Shown one piece after another: positions 28,862 through 38,857 of a stretch of DNA of 64,000 bases; the stretch's first letter is position 1; each line of letters begins with the position of its first letter. This DNA is from an uncultured Gammaproteobacteria bacterium (GTDB taxonomy: Bacteria > Patescibacteriota > Microgenomatia > Woykebacterales > RBG-16-39-9b). The stretch is from assembly GCA_964360785.1 (NCBI GenBank), contig CAYHXX010000002.1, positions 28,107-92,106 on the forward strand, given 5' to 3'. The notes under the pieces are model-generated. The model had not been told where the DNA came from and searched no databases. It saw nothing but the letters and a program-made list of their open reading frames with translations. A program made the translations under genes and the position numbers.

Positions 28862-30031
28862 TTAGTTTTGGGCAGATTCACTACTAGGTGGGTTTAAAAG
28901 CTTCTCAACTGCTTTGTGAACTTCCAACCAACTGTTACCCTTGGGAAGTAGCGCATAGGCTCCACCGTACTGTCCTGCAGGAGCTACCTGAAGATAGCTA
29001 TCGCTAGCGTTGCTGAGAACCAAATTGTTTATCTTGCTAGTGTCGACTTCTTTTGACAGACTATACAAAGCTACCAGCGCACTTATATCAATATCAGTTT
29101 CTACTGACTCTCCTAGATCTTTAAAGAGTGAGTTTACTTTCGCTGGATCTAAAAGATTTTCTGTCTTCAAGGCCTTATCTTTGGCTGCTACTAGTACTTT
29201 TTGCTGTCGGGCTGCTCGCGCAAAGTCACTACCCTCACCATTTGTACCCTGACGACTGCGTGCATATTTCAGTGCTGTGTTACCCGACATATGAGTAAGA
29301 CCAGCTGTAAAATGTAAATGCTCGAAGCGACAAGAGTCAGTCCCGTCTTTACAAAACGTTTTCTCATTACCTTCAACTGGGTAGCGATAATCGTCAAAAC
29401 TCTTATCAACCACAATATCTACACCACCTAGGCTATCAATACCCTTGCGGAAACTGTCAAAATCTACCCGGGCAGTGTAATGAATATCCTCGATACCCAA
29501 AGTTTGCTCGACCACATCTTTGAGCAACCCCATACCACCCCCATCGGGGTAGCTATTGGATTCTCCAAGAGAGTAGATCGAATTTATTTTTCCCTGAGCC
29601 CCTTTGACTTTTCCAAAGTTTGGAACCTTAACCCAAACATCCCTCGGGATTGAGATCATTGAAACCTGTTTTGTGTTTTTATCCACCGAAGCAACAATGA
29701 TGGTGTCGGTCAAGAACCCATTGTGTTTTATCTCACCACTACCAACACTGTAGGTATAAGGAATATTTACTCGCTTATCAATACCTACCAACAAGAAGTT
29801 TGTCCTTCCATCAGTAGATTTGAGTTCTCCTTGCGGATTCTTAATCAAAGAAAGCGCTGCTCTTGGTTGCTTGGCAATTTGTTTAAGCAACGACACTGTT
29901 GGCCAGTAAAGAATATAGCCTGTGTAAATTATTGAGGACAGTAGTAGTACAACGATTCCAAGTTTTAGAAATTTTTTTCGCCGTGGGTTTTTTGGTTTTT
30001 GCGGCAACCTACCTAGGTCAAAATACTGCAT
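28862..30031 (-). CDS. LytR-CpsA-Psr (LCP) family phosphotransferase
   Basis: N-terminal TM, LLVGIDKR and DTIIVASVD motifs. Confidence 0.7.
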   Translation of the reverse strand: MQYFDLGRLPQKPKNPRRKKFLKLGIVVLLLSSIIYTGYILYWPTVSLLKQIAKQPRAALSLIKNPQGELKSTDGRTNFLLVGIDKRVNIPYTYSVGSGEIKHNGFLTDTIIVASVDKNTKQVSMISIPRDVWVKVPNFGKVKGAQGKINSIYSLGESNSYPDGGGMGLLKDVVEQTLGIEDIHYTARVDFDSFRKGIDSLGGVDIVVDKSFDDYRYPVEGNEKTFCKDGTDSCRFEHLHFTAGLTHMSGNTALKYARSRQGTNGEGSDFARAARQQKVLVAAKDKALKTENLLDPAKVNSLFKDLGESVETDIDISALVALYSLSKEVDTSKINNLVLSNASDSYLQVAPAGQYGGAYALLPKGNSWLEVHKAVEKLLNPPSSESAQN

Positions 30032-30063
30032 AGTTTAGGGGTAAAATTCACAAAGAAAATTGA

Positions 30064-30774
30064 TTATATCACAGCCTCGCTCGCTACCGAGACTAGTCTA
30101 ACAAAGGTTTCTTCTTCCAAGCTAGCCTGTCCAGGTAAAGCACCATGAATTTCTGGCATGGAGAGAAAACTTTTAATATTTTCTGGATTTACACTACCAC
30201 CATAAATAGTCACAACCTCCCTACCAATCTTTTCTTTTATACTTTTACAAACTTGATCAGCTGCTTCTGGTGTTTCTGGATGATAGTCTCCCCCGCCACT
30301 GATAGCACTTGGTGGCTCATAAACAAAGATTATTTCTTCTGCCTTTTCTCTTATAGCTAAGCTTTCCTTTAAATAGGACTCAAGTTGTTCCTGATTTGCT
30401 GTACACAAAACTGGAATGATTTTCTTCTCAAGCAAAAACTCCACTTTTTTTACAATCATCTGGTCAGTTTCTGCAAAGTATTTTTTTCTTTCGGAGTGTC
30501 CCACAATGCAGTATTCGACCAAACCCTGAAGCATCTCTGCAGTCACCTCTCCGGTGAAAGCACCTTGGCCAAGATGGGAGACAGTCTGTGCTCCTACTTT
30601 TACAGAAGTTCCAGAAAATAGGTTGTTTAGTAGCGGTAGTGTTACAAAGGACCCACAAACGACAACTTGTATTTTTTCCAAACTACCAAGTGGGGCTTTT
30701 GTTTTTTCAACCCAACTCGTGGCTTCAGAAATAGTTTTGTTTGCTTTCCAATTGGCCACAATAAGAGGTTTCAT
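30064..30774 (-). CDS. tpiA: triosephosphate isomerase; start taken at MKPLIVANWKAN
   Basis: NWK, GHSERK (IVGHSERKKYF), YEPPSAISGGG motifs. The ORF-track N-terminal extension would overlap the NUDIX gene. Confidence 0.85.
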   Translation of the reverse strand: MKPLIVANWKANKTISEATSWVEKTKAPLGSLEKIQVVVCGSFVTLPLLNNLFSGTSVKVGAQTVSHLGQGAFTGEVTAEMLQGLVEYCIVGHSERKKYFAETDQMIVKKVEFLLEKKIIPVLCTANQEQLESYLKESLAIREKAEEIIFVYEPPSAISGGGDYHPETPEAADQVCKSIKEKIGREVVTIYGGSVNPENIKSFLSMPEIHGALPGQASLEEETFVRLVSVASEAVI

Positions 30775-31319
30775 AAGTTTAGTTTCTCCCCTAGTAATAA
30801 TAAAGAAAGTTGGCTCTGACAATCAACAAAAACACTCCTTTGATTTTTAATATCTGCAAATAACTCTTGCAAATCAAACAATTTCACTTCTATTTCTTCA
30901 TTCTGATCCAGATGTTGCTCTGCCACCTTGGTAGCATCTTTGGCAAGGAAGACAAAGTTTCTGTTGTTGGAAATACTCGGATTTGGTGCATATCTGCCCA
31001 GCAATTCAAATTCCGTTGCTTCAAAACCGGTTTCTTCAGAGAGCTCTCTTCGAGCTGCTAGCTCTGGCTCTTCCTTTTCTTCAATAAATCCAGCTGGCAG
31101 TTCCCAGATTAGATCCTTGACTCCATTCTTGTATTGAAAAACTAGTGGAACTTGTTTATTAGATGTCAAAGCAATTATAAAGGCAGCATCACGACGTTTC
31201 ACAGAATAATATTGTGGAATTATTCTGCCGTCTGAGCTTCTTAACTCTTCCTCATAAATCGTCAGGAAAGGGTTTTCATAAACTGTAGTTTGTTTTAGCA
31301 GAGTCCACTTTTCGATCAT
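30771..31319 (-). CDS. NUDIX hydrolase (ADP-ribose pyrophosphatase-like)
   Basis: ELPAGFIEEKEEPELAARRELSEETG. Confidence 0.65.
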   Translation of the reverse strand: MIEKWTLLKQTTVYENPFLTIYEEELRSSDGRIIPQYYSVKRRDAAFIIALTSNKQVPLVFQYKNGVKDLIWELPAGFIEEKEEPELAARRELSEETGFEATEFELLGRYAPNPSISNNRNFVFLAKDATKVAEQHLDQNEEIEVKLFDLQELFADIKNQRSVFVDCQSQLSLLLLGEKLNL

Positions 31320-31323
31320 AAGA

Positions 31324-32328
31324 TTAAACTCGGTAGAAACCTAAAGCTACCAGTGCCGGTAATTTCTTTCCTTCAAGAAACTCAAGCATTGCCCCACCGC
31401 CAACTGAAACAAAATCGACCTTGTCAAGCATCCCAATCTCTTTAAGTGCAGCGATGGTATCGCCACCACCAACTAAACTGTAGGCAACAGAATCTGCCAC
31501 CATTTTTGCTACTTTCTTGGTACCCAGCGAATACTCTTTCTCTTCAAAAAGTCCCAGCGGTCCGTTCCAAACAATCATTTTAGCCTTATCGATTTCTTTT
31601 TTAAACAATTCAACGGATTCCGGCCCAATGTCTTTCTGATCAATATTGTCCGTGGCTACCAACACATTTTCCGGCAAAGTTGTTTCTCCCAATTCAAACA
31701 TCAGCCTACCACCCACCAAAACCTTATCAGCGACTTTGGCGAGATTTGTGATCGCGGGGAGTTTTGTCTCGAGTTTTGCCCCACCAATTATTGCGACCAA
31801 GGGACGCTCGGGATTTTCTAGTATCTTTTGTAGCTCCGTCACTTCCATCCCTAATTCCAGCCCAGCGTAACAAGGTAAAAAAGTGGGTAAAAAGGCAACT
31901 GAGGCATGGTTACGGTGGGCTACTGAGAAACATTCATTAACATAAATCTCCCCAAAACTTGCCAGTTTTTTGGCAAATTCCGGATCATTTGCTTCCTCTT
32001 CGGGCCAAAACCTTAGGTTTTCCAAAAGCACGATTTTACCTTCTGCTGGTTGGTCAAAATCTTCTTTAAAGGCTACTTTTTCTCCAAGCAGTTCCTCTAG
32101 TTTCGGCAAAAGTAGTTTAAAAGAAAAGTTTTGATCCCTACCTTTAGGCCGACCTACGTGGGAGATAAGGAAAATTTGATTTTGGTTGTTGAGTAGGTTT
32201 TTCAGAGTACCGACTGTTTTCTCAATTCTTGTCGCATCTTCGATTTGTCCATTTTCCAGTGGAACATCCAGGTCACCACGGACAATAACCTTTTTTGCAG
32301 TTATGCTCTCCTCTTTGAGAAATTTCAT
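31324..32328 (-). CDS. pgk: phosphoglycerate kinase (short form, 334 aa)
   Basis: RGDLDVP, ISHVGRPKG, LLENLRFW, IIGGAKL, SVGGGA motifs. Confidence 0.8.
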   Translation of the reverse strand: MKFLKEESITAKKVIVRGDLDVPLENGQIEDATRIEKTVGTLKNLLNNQNQIFLISHVGRPKGRDQNFSFKLLLPKLEELLGEKVAFKEDFDQPAEGKIVLLENLRFWPEEEANDPEFAKKLASFGEIYVNECFSVAHRNHASVAFLPTFLPCYAGLELGMEVTELQKILENPERPLVAIIGGAKLETKLPAITNLAKVADKVLVGGRLMFELGETTLPENVLVATDNIDQKDIGPESVELFKKEIDKAKMIVWNGPLGLFEEKEYSLGTKKVAKMVADSVAYSLVGGGDTIAALKEIGMLDKVDFVSVGGGAMLEFLEGKKLPALVALGFYRV

Positions 32329-32357
32329 TCAGTTAATTCTAACAAGAAAACGGTAAA

Positions 32358-32693
32358 CTAGGAAAGGTGAGCGGTAATTTTGGATACTATCGAGTCTTTT
32401 GGCTGAGAACCGACTGCCCGATCTACTTCTTTACCGTCTTTAAGTACAATAAAAGTTGGAATACTCATAACTCCAAATTGCATTGCGGTATCGTTGTCAG
32501 AATCGACGTCGATTTTCTTAACCTGAATTTTTTCGCCCATTTCGTTTTTTATTTCTTCGATCAAAGGCTCCATGACCTTACAAGGACCACACCAATCTGC
32601 ATAGAAATCGAGAAGTTCTACTGACACTGTTTTTTTACCTCCGAAAATTAAGTTTTTAAGAAAATGGGTTCTTCCTAGAAGATAGTATAACAC
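32358..32693 (-). CDS. trxA: thioredoxin
   Basis: WCGPCK active site. Confidence 0.8.
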   Translation of the reverse strand: MLYYLLGRTHFLKNLIFGGKKTVSVELLDFYADWCGPCKVMEPLIEEIKNEMGEKIQVKKIDVDSDNDTAMQFGVMSIPTFIVLKDGKEVDRAVGSQPKDSIVSKITAHLS

Positions 32694-32733
32694 AAGACTT
32701 TACCCCAAAAAGAATGGTAATATTGTTTTTCCG

Positions 32734-34569
32734 ATGAAAGTCCTTGAGCATCTAAATAAAGACCAGCTGGAGGCTGTAAAAACCACGCAGGGCCCACTTT
32801 TGGTCCTTTCTGGTCCAGGTAGCGGTAAGACTCGTGTTATCACCCACCGCATTGCCTATATTTTGGAACAGAAACTCTGTCAACCTGAAGAATTACTAGC
32901 CGTTACTTTTACCAATAAAGCTGCTGGTGAAATGAAAGAGCGACTTAAGAAATTAGCTCCAACTACGCCACCTTGGATGGGTACTTTCCACTCAATCTGC
33001 GCCAGAATTCTTCGATCTGATGGCGATGTTCTTGGGATTGGCAATCGTTTTGTTATTTATGATGATTCTGACAGTTTGGATCTGATCAAAGATATTCTCA
33101 AGGAGTTTGATATTGATCCAAAGAATTTCTCTCCTTACTCAATCAAAAACTCGATCAGTTCGTCGAAGAACGAGTTGATCGGACCAGAGGATTACAAAAA
33201 TTTCGCGCGCGGCTATTTCCAAGAAATGGTCTCCAAAGTTTACTTCCGCTACCAGGAAGTTCTGAAAGAAAACAATTCTTTGGATTTTGATGATTTGCTG
33301 ATGCAGACAGTGGCTCTTTTCGACACTCATCCAGAAATCCTCGAAAAATACCAAAATAGATTTAAATATATTCTGGTTGACGAATACCAAGATACCAACA
33401 AATCGCAGTACATGCTCACCAAGCTAGTCGCTTCAAAACACAAGAATATCTGTATTGTCGGCGACGCTTCCCAAGCGATTTATGGTTGGAGGGGTGCCGA
33501 TTACCGCAATATTCTCAATTTCCAGAAAGATTTCCCAAATACAAAAGTAGTCAACCTCGCTCAAAACTACCGCTCGACCAAAAATATTCTCGAAATTGCC
33601 AAAAACATTATCTCCCAAAACCGTTCCCATCCAATACTCGAACTTTGGACCGAAAACCCCGAAGGAGTACCAACTGTCCTTTATCAGGCAAAGAACGAGG
33701 TTGAAGAGGCTGAGTTTATTATTCGCACTATCAAGAATCTGTCTCTCAAGCAGCACTACCCTTTGTCCTCCTTTGCTATTTTGTACCGCACCAATGCCCA
33801 AAGCCGTGTCTTAGAAGAAACCCTGCTGCGTGAAGGCTTGCCCTACCGTTTAGTTGGTGGGACGAGATTTTATGACCGTAAAGAAATTCGTGATGTCGTC
33901 GCTTACTTGCGGTTTCTTGACAACTCTCGGGATCAACTCAGTTTCAAAAGAATCGTTAATACTCCCCCTCGTGGTATCGGCCCAAAAGCATTGTTAGAAA
34001 AGGAAAACCCCAAACTTCTATCTTTTTTGGAGCTAATAGAATCCTTAAAGCTAAAAATCCAAAATTTACAAACGATTGATATTATTGACCTTGTACTATC
34101 AACTACAAAATATCTCGAGTATTTGGACGATGGAACCGAAGAATCGCTAGCCCGGATCGAAAACGTTAAGGAATTGCGCAGTGTTGCTTCAGAGTTTCCA
34201 GAACTTCCTGATTTTCTGGAAAATGTTTCCTTAGTTGAGAATCACTCTTTACCAAACCAAAATAGCTCTGTCTCCGACGATGCAGCTATCACTCTCATGA
34301 CCTTGCATTCTGCCAAGGGTCTAGAGTTCCCGGTTGTTTTCATAACTGGAATGGAAGAAGGTCTTTTCCCTCACAACCAATCCCTGACTGATACTTCCGA
34401 AATTGAAGAGGAGCGTCGGCTCTGTTACGTCGGGGTCACTCGTGCCCAAGAACAACTCTATCTTACTTACACCCAATCAAGACTATATTTTGGTTCACGA
34501 ACCGAAGGAATCATATCCAGATTTATCTTAGAGATTCCAGAGGAATTACTCATTCCAATTAGGTTCTAA
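32734..34569 (+). CDS. UvrD/PcrA-family ATP-dependent DNA helicase
   Basis: GPGSGKTRV (Walker A), DEYQDTN, VGDASQAIYGWRGA, TLHSAKGLEF, VGVTRA. Confidence 0.8.
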   Translation: MKVLEHLNKDQLEAVKTTQGPLLVLSGPGSGKTRVITHRIAYILEQKLCQPEELLAVTFTNKAAGEMKERLKKLAPTTPPWMGTFHSICARILRSDGDVLGIGNRFVIYDDSDSLDLIKDILKEFDIDPKNFSPYSIKNSISSSKNELIGPEDYKNFARGYFQEMVSKVYFRYQEVLKENNSLDFDDLLMQTVALFDTHPEILEKYQNRFKYILVDEYQDTNKSQYMLTKLVASKHKNICIVGDASQAIYGWRGADYRNILNFQKDFPNTKVVNLAQNYRSTKNILEIAKNIISQNRSHPILELWTENPEGVPTVLYQAKNEVEEAEFIIRTIKNLSLKQHYPLSSFAILYRTNAQSRVLEETLLREGLPYRLVGGTRFYDRKEIRDVVAYLRFLDNSRDQLSFKRIVNTPPRGIGPKALLEKENPKLLSFLELIESLKLKIQNLQTIDIIDLVLSTTKYLEYLDDGTEESLARIENVKELRSVASEFPELPDFLENVSLVENHSLPNQNSSVSDDAAITLMTLHSAKGLEFPVVFITGMEEGLFPHNQSLTDTSEIEEERRLCYVGVTRAQEQLYLTYTQSRLYFGSRTEGIISRFILEIPEELLIPIRF

Positions 34570-34620
34570 TCACTTCTAAATTTGCAAAAATTCCGAAATA
34601 ACTTTAGAATTTATTGCTAA

Positions 34621-35418
34621 ATGAGCGTTTTTGTGGCAGCTATTTCTGCCAAATGGACAGGCAAGACTGATCTTCTAGCTACAACTATTGAGGGTTTTTT
34701 CTCTCAACTTTTTGCCCGTCTTACCTATAAATCATCGGGGATAATATTTTTGCTTTTGCTTTTCACTTTTTTCGAATTTGTCTTCCCAAAAACAAACCTT
34801 GCATTTGTAAAAGCATCGGAAACATTTGATCTTGAAACTACTTTCTCAACAAGAACAAGCACTGCTTTCTCAGAAAAGACGGATCTAAAAACTCAAGTCT
34901 TAAGTTTTAAGAGTCGGTCAATCCCTGATTCAGGTTTAGCCCAAGGAGAGACAAAAATAATTCAGACAGGTGTGGCGGGTGAAAAAGTCATCCAAATAAA
35001 AACTATCCTCCACAATGGTCAAAAATATGCAGTTGAAAACACAATCGTCTCCGAAACTAAACCAATTGAGGAAGTTCTCGCGGTTCACCCATCAGTTCTC
35101 GCAAAGACAATTGATTCTCCTTACGGGGCTTTGAAATACACTGCCAAACTAAATGTTTGGGCAACCTCTTACGACCCTTTCTGCCCAGGCTGCAACCAAA
35201 CAACTTCCATCGGGCTTAAAGCTGGTTTTGGTGTTATTGCGGTTGACCCAAAGGTCATACCGCTACGATCGAAGGTTTATATCCCCGGTTACGGGATCGC
35301 TATCGCCGGCGACACTGGTGGTAGTATCAAAGGCAACAAGATTGATCTTGGTTTTGCTGATGTCAGAAATGGTAACTGGTCGGCTCGCTTTACTGATATT
35401 TACATTTTGACGGATTAA
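34621..35418 (+). CDS. cell-wall protein with G5-like and C-terminal 3D domains
   Basis: N-terminal TM. C-terminal WATSYDPFCPGCNQTTSIGLKAGFGVIAVDP...GDTGGSIKGNKIDL matches a 3D domain. Confidence 0.55.
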   Translation: MSVFVAAISAKWTGKTDLLATTIEGFFSQLFARLTYKSSGIIFLLLLFTFFEFVFPKTNLAFVKASETFDLETTFSTRTSTAFSEKTDLKTQVLSFKSRSIPDSGLAQGETKIIQTGVAGEKVIQIKTILHNGQKYAVENTIVSETKPIEEVLAVHPSVLAKTIDSPYGALKYTAKLNVWATSYDPFCPGCNQTTSIGLKAGFGVIAVDPKVIPLRSKVYIPGYGIAIAGDTGGSIKGNKIDLGFADVRNGNWSARFTDIYILTD

Positions 35419-35459
35419 AAACTTCCCTACTTTTCCAAAAATAGTTTAATATAGTACTA

Positions 35460-36362
35460 ATGACCGATATCCGCCAATGTCGTCTTTGGGCAAGCTTTAT
35501 GGAAGATCTGGGTTGGGGTGTTGAGAATATCCGCACTCGCGACAAGGACAACTTTGTTTACCTCAAAAAAATTCCTTTATTTGGTACCATCCTCAAAGCC
35601 CCGAGAATTTCTTTGCCGCTACCTTTTTCTGAGATTGAAGCTTTAGCTAAAGACAAAGGTGTCTTTTTTTCAAAAATTGAGCCAAAAACTTCTCTTCCGA
35701 ATTCCAAAGTCCTTTCCGAGCTCAAGGACTCTGGTTACGCTAGTGAGCGCTGGTCGCTCCATCCCACCAAAACAATTGTTCTGGATCTGCGTAAAAGTTC
35801 TGACGAGCTGCTAAAAAATATGGAAAAAGATACCCGCTACAGCATCCGAGCTTCACAAAGACGCGGAATCAGAGTAGTCAAAAGTAACGATCTCAACCGC
35901 TTTCTCAAACTCTACCGTGCTACTGCCAAACGCCAAGGTTTTTGGATCCCGGAAAAGGACTTAGGCTCCTTGTGGGACATCTTTTCCAACGAAGGCAAGG
36001 CTTTTATTCTGATTGCTGTTTGGAATCACACCGACATTGCCGGTTGTTTGATCCTGCATCATGAGAAAAGTGCTTACTATTATCACGCGGCTTCACTACG
36101 AGAATATAAAGAATTCTTTGCGCCATATTTATTAATTTGGGAAAGTATGAACCAAGCCAAAAAACTAGGGCTAAAAGAGCTCGATCTGGAAGGCATCTAC
36201 GATCATCGGTTTCCAGCCACCAACAAATGGAAGGGTTTTACTCATTTCAAAAAAGGTTTTCGCGGTGAAGAAGTCGAGTTGCTAGGTTCTTTTGTCAAAA
36301 ATTACAATCCAATTCTTTCGACATTTTATAAAGTTTCCAACTTCTCCCTGAATTTTAGGTAA
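35460..36362 (+). CDS. FemAB-family peptidyl/aminoacyl transferase (peptidoglycan cross-bridge formation)
   Basis: KDTRYSIRASQRRGI and the overall FemX-like pattern. Confidence 0.55.
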   Translation: MTDIRQCRLWASFMEDLGWGVENIRTRDKDNFVYLKKIPLFGTILKAPRISLPLPFSEIEALAKDKGVFFSKIEPKTSLPNSKVLSELKDSGYASERWSLHPTKTIVLDLRKSSDELLKNMEKDTRYSIRASQRRGIRVVKSNDLNRFLKLYRATAKRQGFWIPEKDLGSLWDIFSNEGKAFILIAVWNHTDIAGCLILHHEKSAYYYHAASLREYKEFFAPYLLIWESMNQAKKLGLKELDLEGIYDHRFPATNKWKGFTHFKKGFRGEEVELLGSFVKNYNPILSTFYKVSNFSLNFR

Positions 36363-36420
36363 AAGAAAGCCGCTAGTTCATGCCTGGCTGGCACAAACGT
36401 AGCGGCCTCCTCTCTCTTTT
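36361..36420. terminator. bidirectional intrinsic terminator between the FemAB-like gene and the GC-rich large gene (GCCGCTA...TAGCGGC)
   Basis: 7-bp stem at 36369-36406 with T-rich tracts on both strands. Confidence 0.45.
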
Positions 36421-36432
36421 CCTCCGATCTCT

Positions 36433-38766
36433 TTACTGCTTGATGACGACGATGGTCTCACCGCAGTTGGCGCAGGCCTTGGCAGTGAGAGCGTTCTTGT
36501 ACCCGCATCCGGCCGTGCAGTAGATGAAGTCCCTTGCAGGCTGAGCCGGGGCGGGGGATGTCGTCGGTACCGGAGCCGGCGTTGGTGCTGGCTCTGGCGC
36601 GGGCGCGGGGGCCGGAGTCGGCCTTCCCGTTACCCTCACCGACTTCGTCTTTGGCCCTGGGGCGGGTGCGCTAGCGGCGGCGGCCTTCCTTGCTGCTTCT
36701 ACCACCTCGGGGGGAAGCTCAGCAGCAACGGAACCATCTTCAGGCTCCACCACTGCCTCTTCCTTCGGCAGCTCGCAGCCGCACTCGTCGCAGCGCTTGC
36801 GACCAGGCTGCGCTGGTGTCTTGCAGTTCGGGCAGACCCTTTCCTGTGGCTCGACGATGGCGGCGGGTACGGGGACCGTTGCCAAAGTGCCACACTCGTC
36901 GCAGCGCTTGCGCTCCGGCGCGATCGGCCCGCCGTACTGCACACAGTCCGGGTTCGGGCAGACCTTACCGTCGCCATTGGCCCCAATGGCCTTCATCTGC
37001 TCGGCGACACCAGCCAGGGTGGCCACGTCCCCTAAGGTGGCTGGCTGGACCTCGTCCTGCTGCGGCCCAAAACCGAGATCCCACGACCCTTCGGACGCGA
37101 TCGCATCGATCTCCTTACTCCGACTCACGGTCTGCTCGACATTCGAGGCTTCCGCCACGAGCGTGCGGGCTCCGTTGATCAGAGTTCGTGATTCGACGAG
37201 CGGACTCCTTTGGGCATGAGCTACGCTCGGGTTGTCGAAGTTCTGCCGGTTGGCCACCAGGTTGTCGATCTTGCTCAAGACTGAGCGTCCGGGCGGTGTT
37301 TCGGCGAAGGGTCCGACCGCGTGCTGAGCGTCAGCAATGAACTTGTCGATCTGCTCAAGATTGGCGTCGATCTCCTCGACGGCCAACGAAGCCTCGTACA
37401 GCTCCTCTGCCCGACCAACCAGCTTGAAGGACCCGCCACGCTTCTCACGGGGTGCTGACCCCTTCAAACGCCTTAGCTCGACTTCAAGCTCGCTTGCCTC
37501 AGCAAGGAACCGCTGTGCGTAGCCGTTGTCCGGAAATGCGCCGACCGCCTCCTTGGCCGCACCGACAAAGCACGTCGTCGCCTCAAAGTCAACCTCGGCT
37601 CGGACATCGCGAGCGGCACTGACACTGAGCGTGTAGTTCCGCGCCGGTAGGTGTTGTTGGCGGATCTCGCTGAGTTTGTCCTGAGCCTTCTTGCCGACTT
37701 CACTGGGGTCCCATTTGGGGTCAGCGGCCCGCGCCTTCTCGACGACCTCCTTGATGTGCTCGACGACGCTGAGGATCTGCTGATTAGCGTTGTTCGTCGC
37801 ACAGCTGTCACACCCTTCGACCTGGTTTTCGCGGTCGATGTAGTAGGGCGGGCGGTCTTTCGGGATCGGTTTCAAGCACGGCTCGCCGCTGGGGAGTGTG
37901 TTCTGACACTCTTTCGTTTCGGTCGTCTGCACGGTCACTTCTGCTTCCCTTTCCTCGTGCGTTCGCACGACTACTGACTTGACGCTTGGACTGTGATGTA
38001 CTGCCATTTCTGGCTCCTCTTCTGTTGTCGCAACTGCGGTTGCTCCTCCTTTCGCAACCAAATCAGTCCAGTACTTACTTGCGATTCTGGTTATCTCGTC
38101 CGTCGAGAACTCACTGTTGCGTGTTTCCCAACCGTAAACAGAAGACTCAACCTCTGCCCCGTCCGGGAAATAAACGATCCTGCGGCACTCGCGTGCTATC
38201 TTGATCGTTCTAATCTGCTTTGGCCACGTGATACCCTCCACAGCGGGCAGTTCTGGCTTCTTACCAACTGTGTTTTGGAGAATAGTGATGTTTCGGTTCA
38301 TGAGCGCGACCAGAAACTCAATATCTCTCACGATGTTTCGAAGTTGGCGCTCCACCTCCCTGTTTGGGCCAGAATGTTTGATCTCAACTAGACCTACAAC
38401 CCAAGCGGTTTTGGCTTCGATACTGATGAGAATCCCGTCTGGGTTGTGAAATGCGAGTTTCGGATAGTCAGAGAAAAACGGGGAGCGTGTTCTCAGAAAT
38501 GCCAGAAAGTAATCAGCCACTACCTGCTCTTCAGCAGACATTTGCCTGCCTTCATAATCTGGCGCACTGAGTACAAGCTCTTGAAGAACTCTTCCTCGCT
38601 TATCTGAGATGGTTGGTTCCTGTGAATTATATGTAATTGTTCGGGTGCCTAGGTCATGAAGGTTCGCTGTTTGTAGCGCTCTTTTATCCGGTGTCAGATA
38701 GGGTCGAACCGGGGTGATATGCGCTACGACCTCAGAAACCCAGTGATCGACATCGCGAATACTCAT
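36433..38766 (-). CDS. G+C-rich foreign-looking protein of about 778 aa: N-terminal PD-(D/E)xK nuclease-like domain, long Ala/Glu-rich central region, Pro/Ala linker, three C-terminal zinc ribbons. Start taken at MSIRDVDHW.
   Basis: HNPDGILISIEAKTAWVVGLVEIKHS (PD...ExK). CPNPDCVQYGGPIAPERKRCDECG, CPNCKTPAQPGRKRCDECG, CTAGCGYKNALTAKACANCG. SD GGAAGGAGG lies 8 nt upstream of the ATG at 38764-38766. The ORF-track start 38874 is upstream in AT-rich DNA and unlikely. Confidence 0.55.
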   Translation of the reverse strand: MSIRDVDHWVSEVVAHITPVRPYLTPDKRALQTANLHDLGTRTITYNSQEPTISDKRGRVLQELVLSAPDYEGRQMSAEEQVVADYFLAFLRTRSPFFSDYPKLAFHNPDGILISIEAKTAWVVGLVEIKHSGPNREVERQLRNIVRDIEFLVALMNRNITILQNTVGKKPELPAVEGITWPKQIRTIKIARECRRIVYFPDGAEVESSVYGWETRNSEFSTDEITRIASKYWTDLVAKGGATAVATTEEEPEMAVHHSPSVKSVVVRTHEEREAEVTVQTTETKECQNTLPSGEPCLKPIPKDRPPYYIDRENQVEGCDSCATNNANQQILSVVEHIKEVVEKARAADPKWDPSEVGKKAQDKLSEIRQQHLPARNYTLSVSAARDVRAEVDFEATTCFVGAAKEAVGAFPDNGYAQRFLAEASELEVELRRLKGSAPREKRGGSFKLVGRAEELYEASLAVEEIDANLEQIDKFIADAQHAVGPFAETPPGRSVLSKIDNLVANRQNFDNPSVAHAQRSPLVESRTLINGARTLVAEASNVEQTVSRSKEIDAIASEGSWDLGFGPQQDEVQPATLGDVATLAGVAEQMKAIGANGDGKVCPNPDCVQYGGPIAPERKRCDECGTLATVPVPAAIVEPQERVCPNCKTPAQPGRKRCDECGCELPKEEAVVEPEDGSVAAELPPEVVEAARKAAAASAPAPGPKTKSVRVTGRPTPAPAPAPEPAPTPAPVPTTSPAPAQPARDFIYCTAGCGYKNALTAKACANCGETIVVIKQ

Positions 38767-38797
38767 TCGGATGCCTCCTTCCTCACTTATGAGGCCT

Positions 38798-38825
38798 ATT
38801 ATACACAAAAAGTTGTAAAAGTCAA
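38798..38825 (-). promoter_or_regulatory. sigma70-like promoter of the large GC-rich gene (TTGACT-16-TATAAT on the minus strand)
   Basis: Minus-strand -35 TTGACT at 38820-38825 and -10 TATAAT at 38798-38803. AT-rich, unlike the ORF. Confidence 0.5.
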
Positions 38826-38857
38826 TCCTATAGCAGTTGTCGTGTGATTCTGGGCAT

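Noticed and set aside
36690-38449. Numerous plus-strand ORFs (36690..37178, 36797..37219, 37651..37977, 37993..38391, 38201..38449) and minus-strand alternate-frame ORFs (36699..36986, 37473..37811) inside the GC-rich island
   Set aside because: Typical spurious long ORFs in alternative frames of GC-rich coding DNA. They are Arg/Ser/Pro-rich with low complexity, overlap the coherent 778-aa frame, and have no SD signals.
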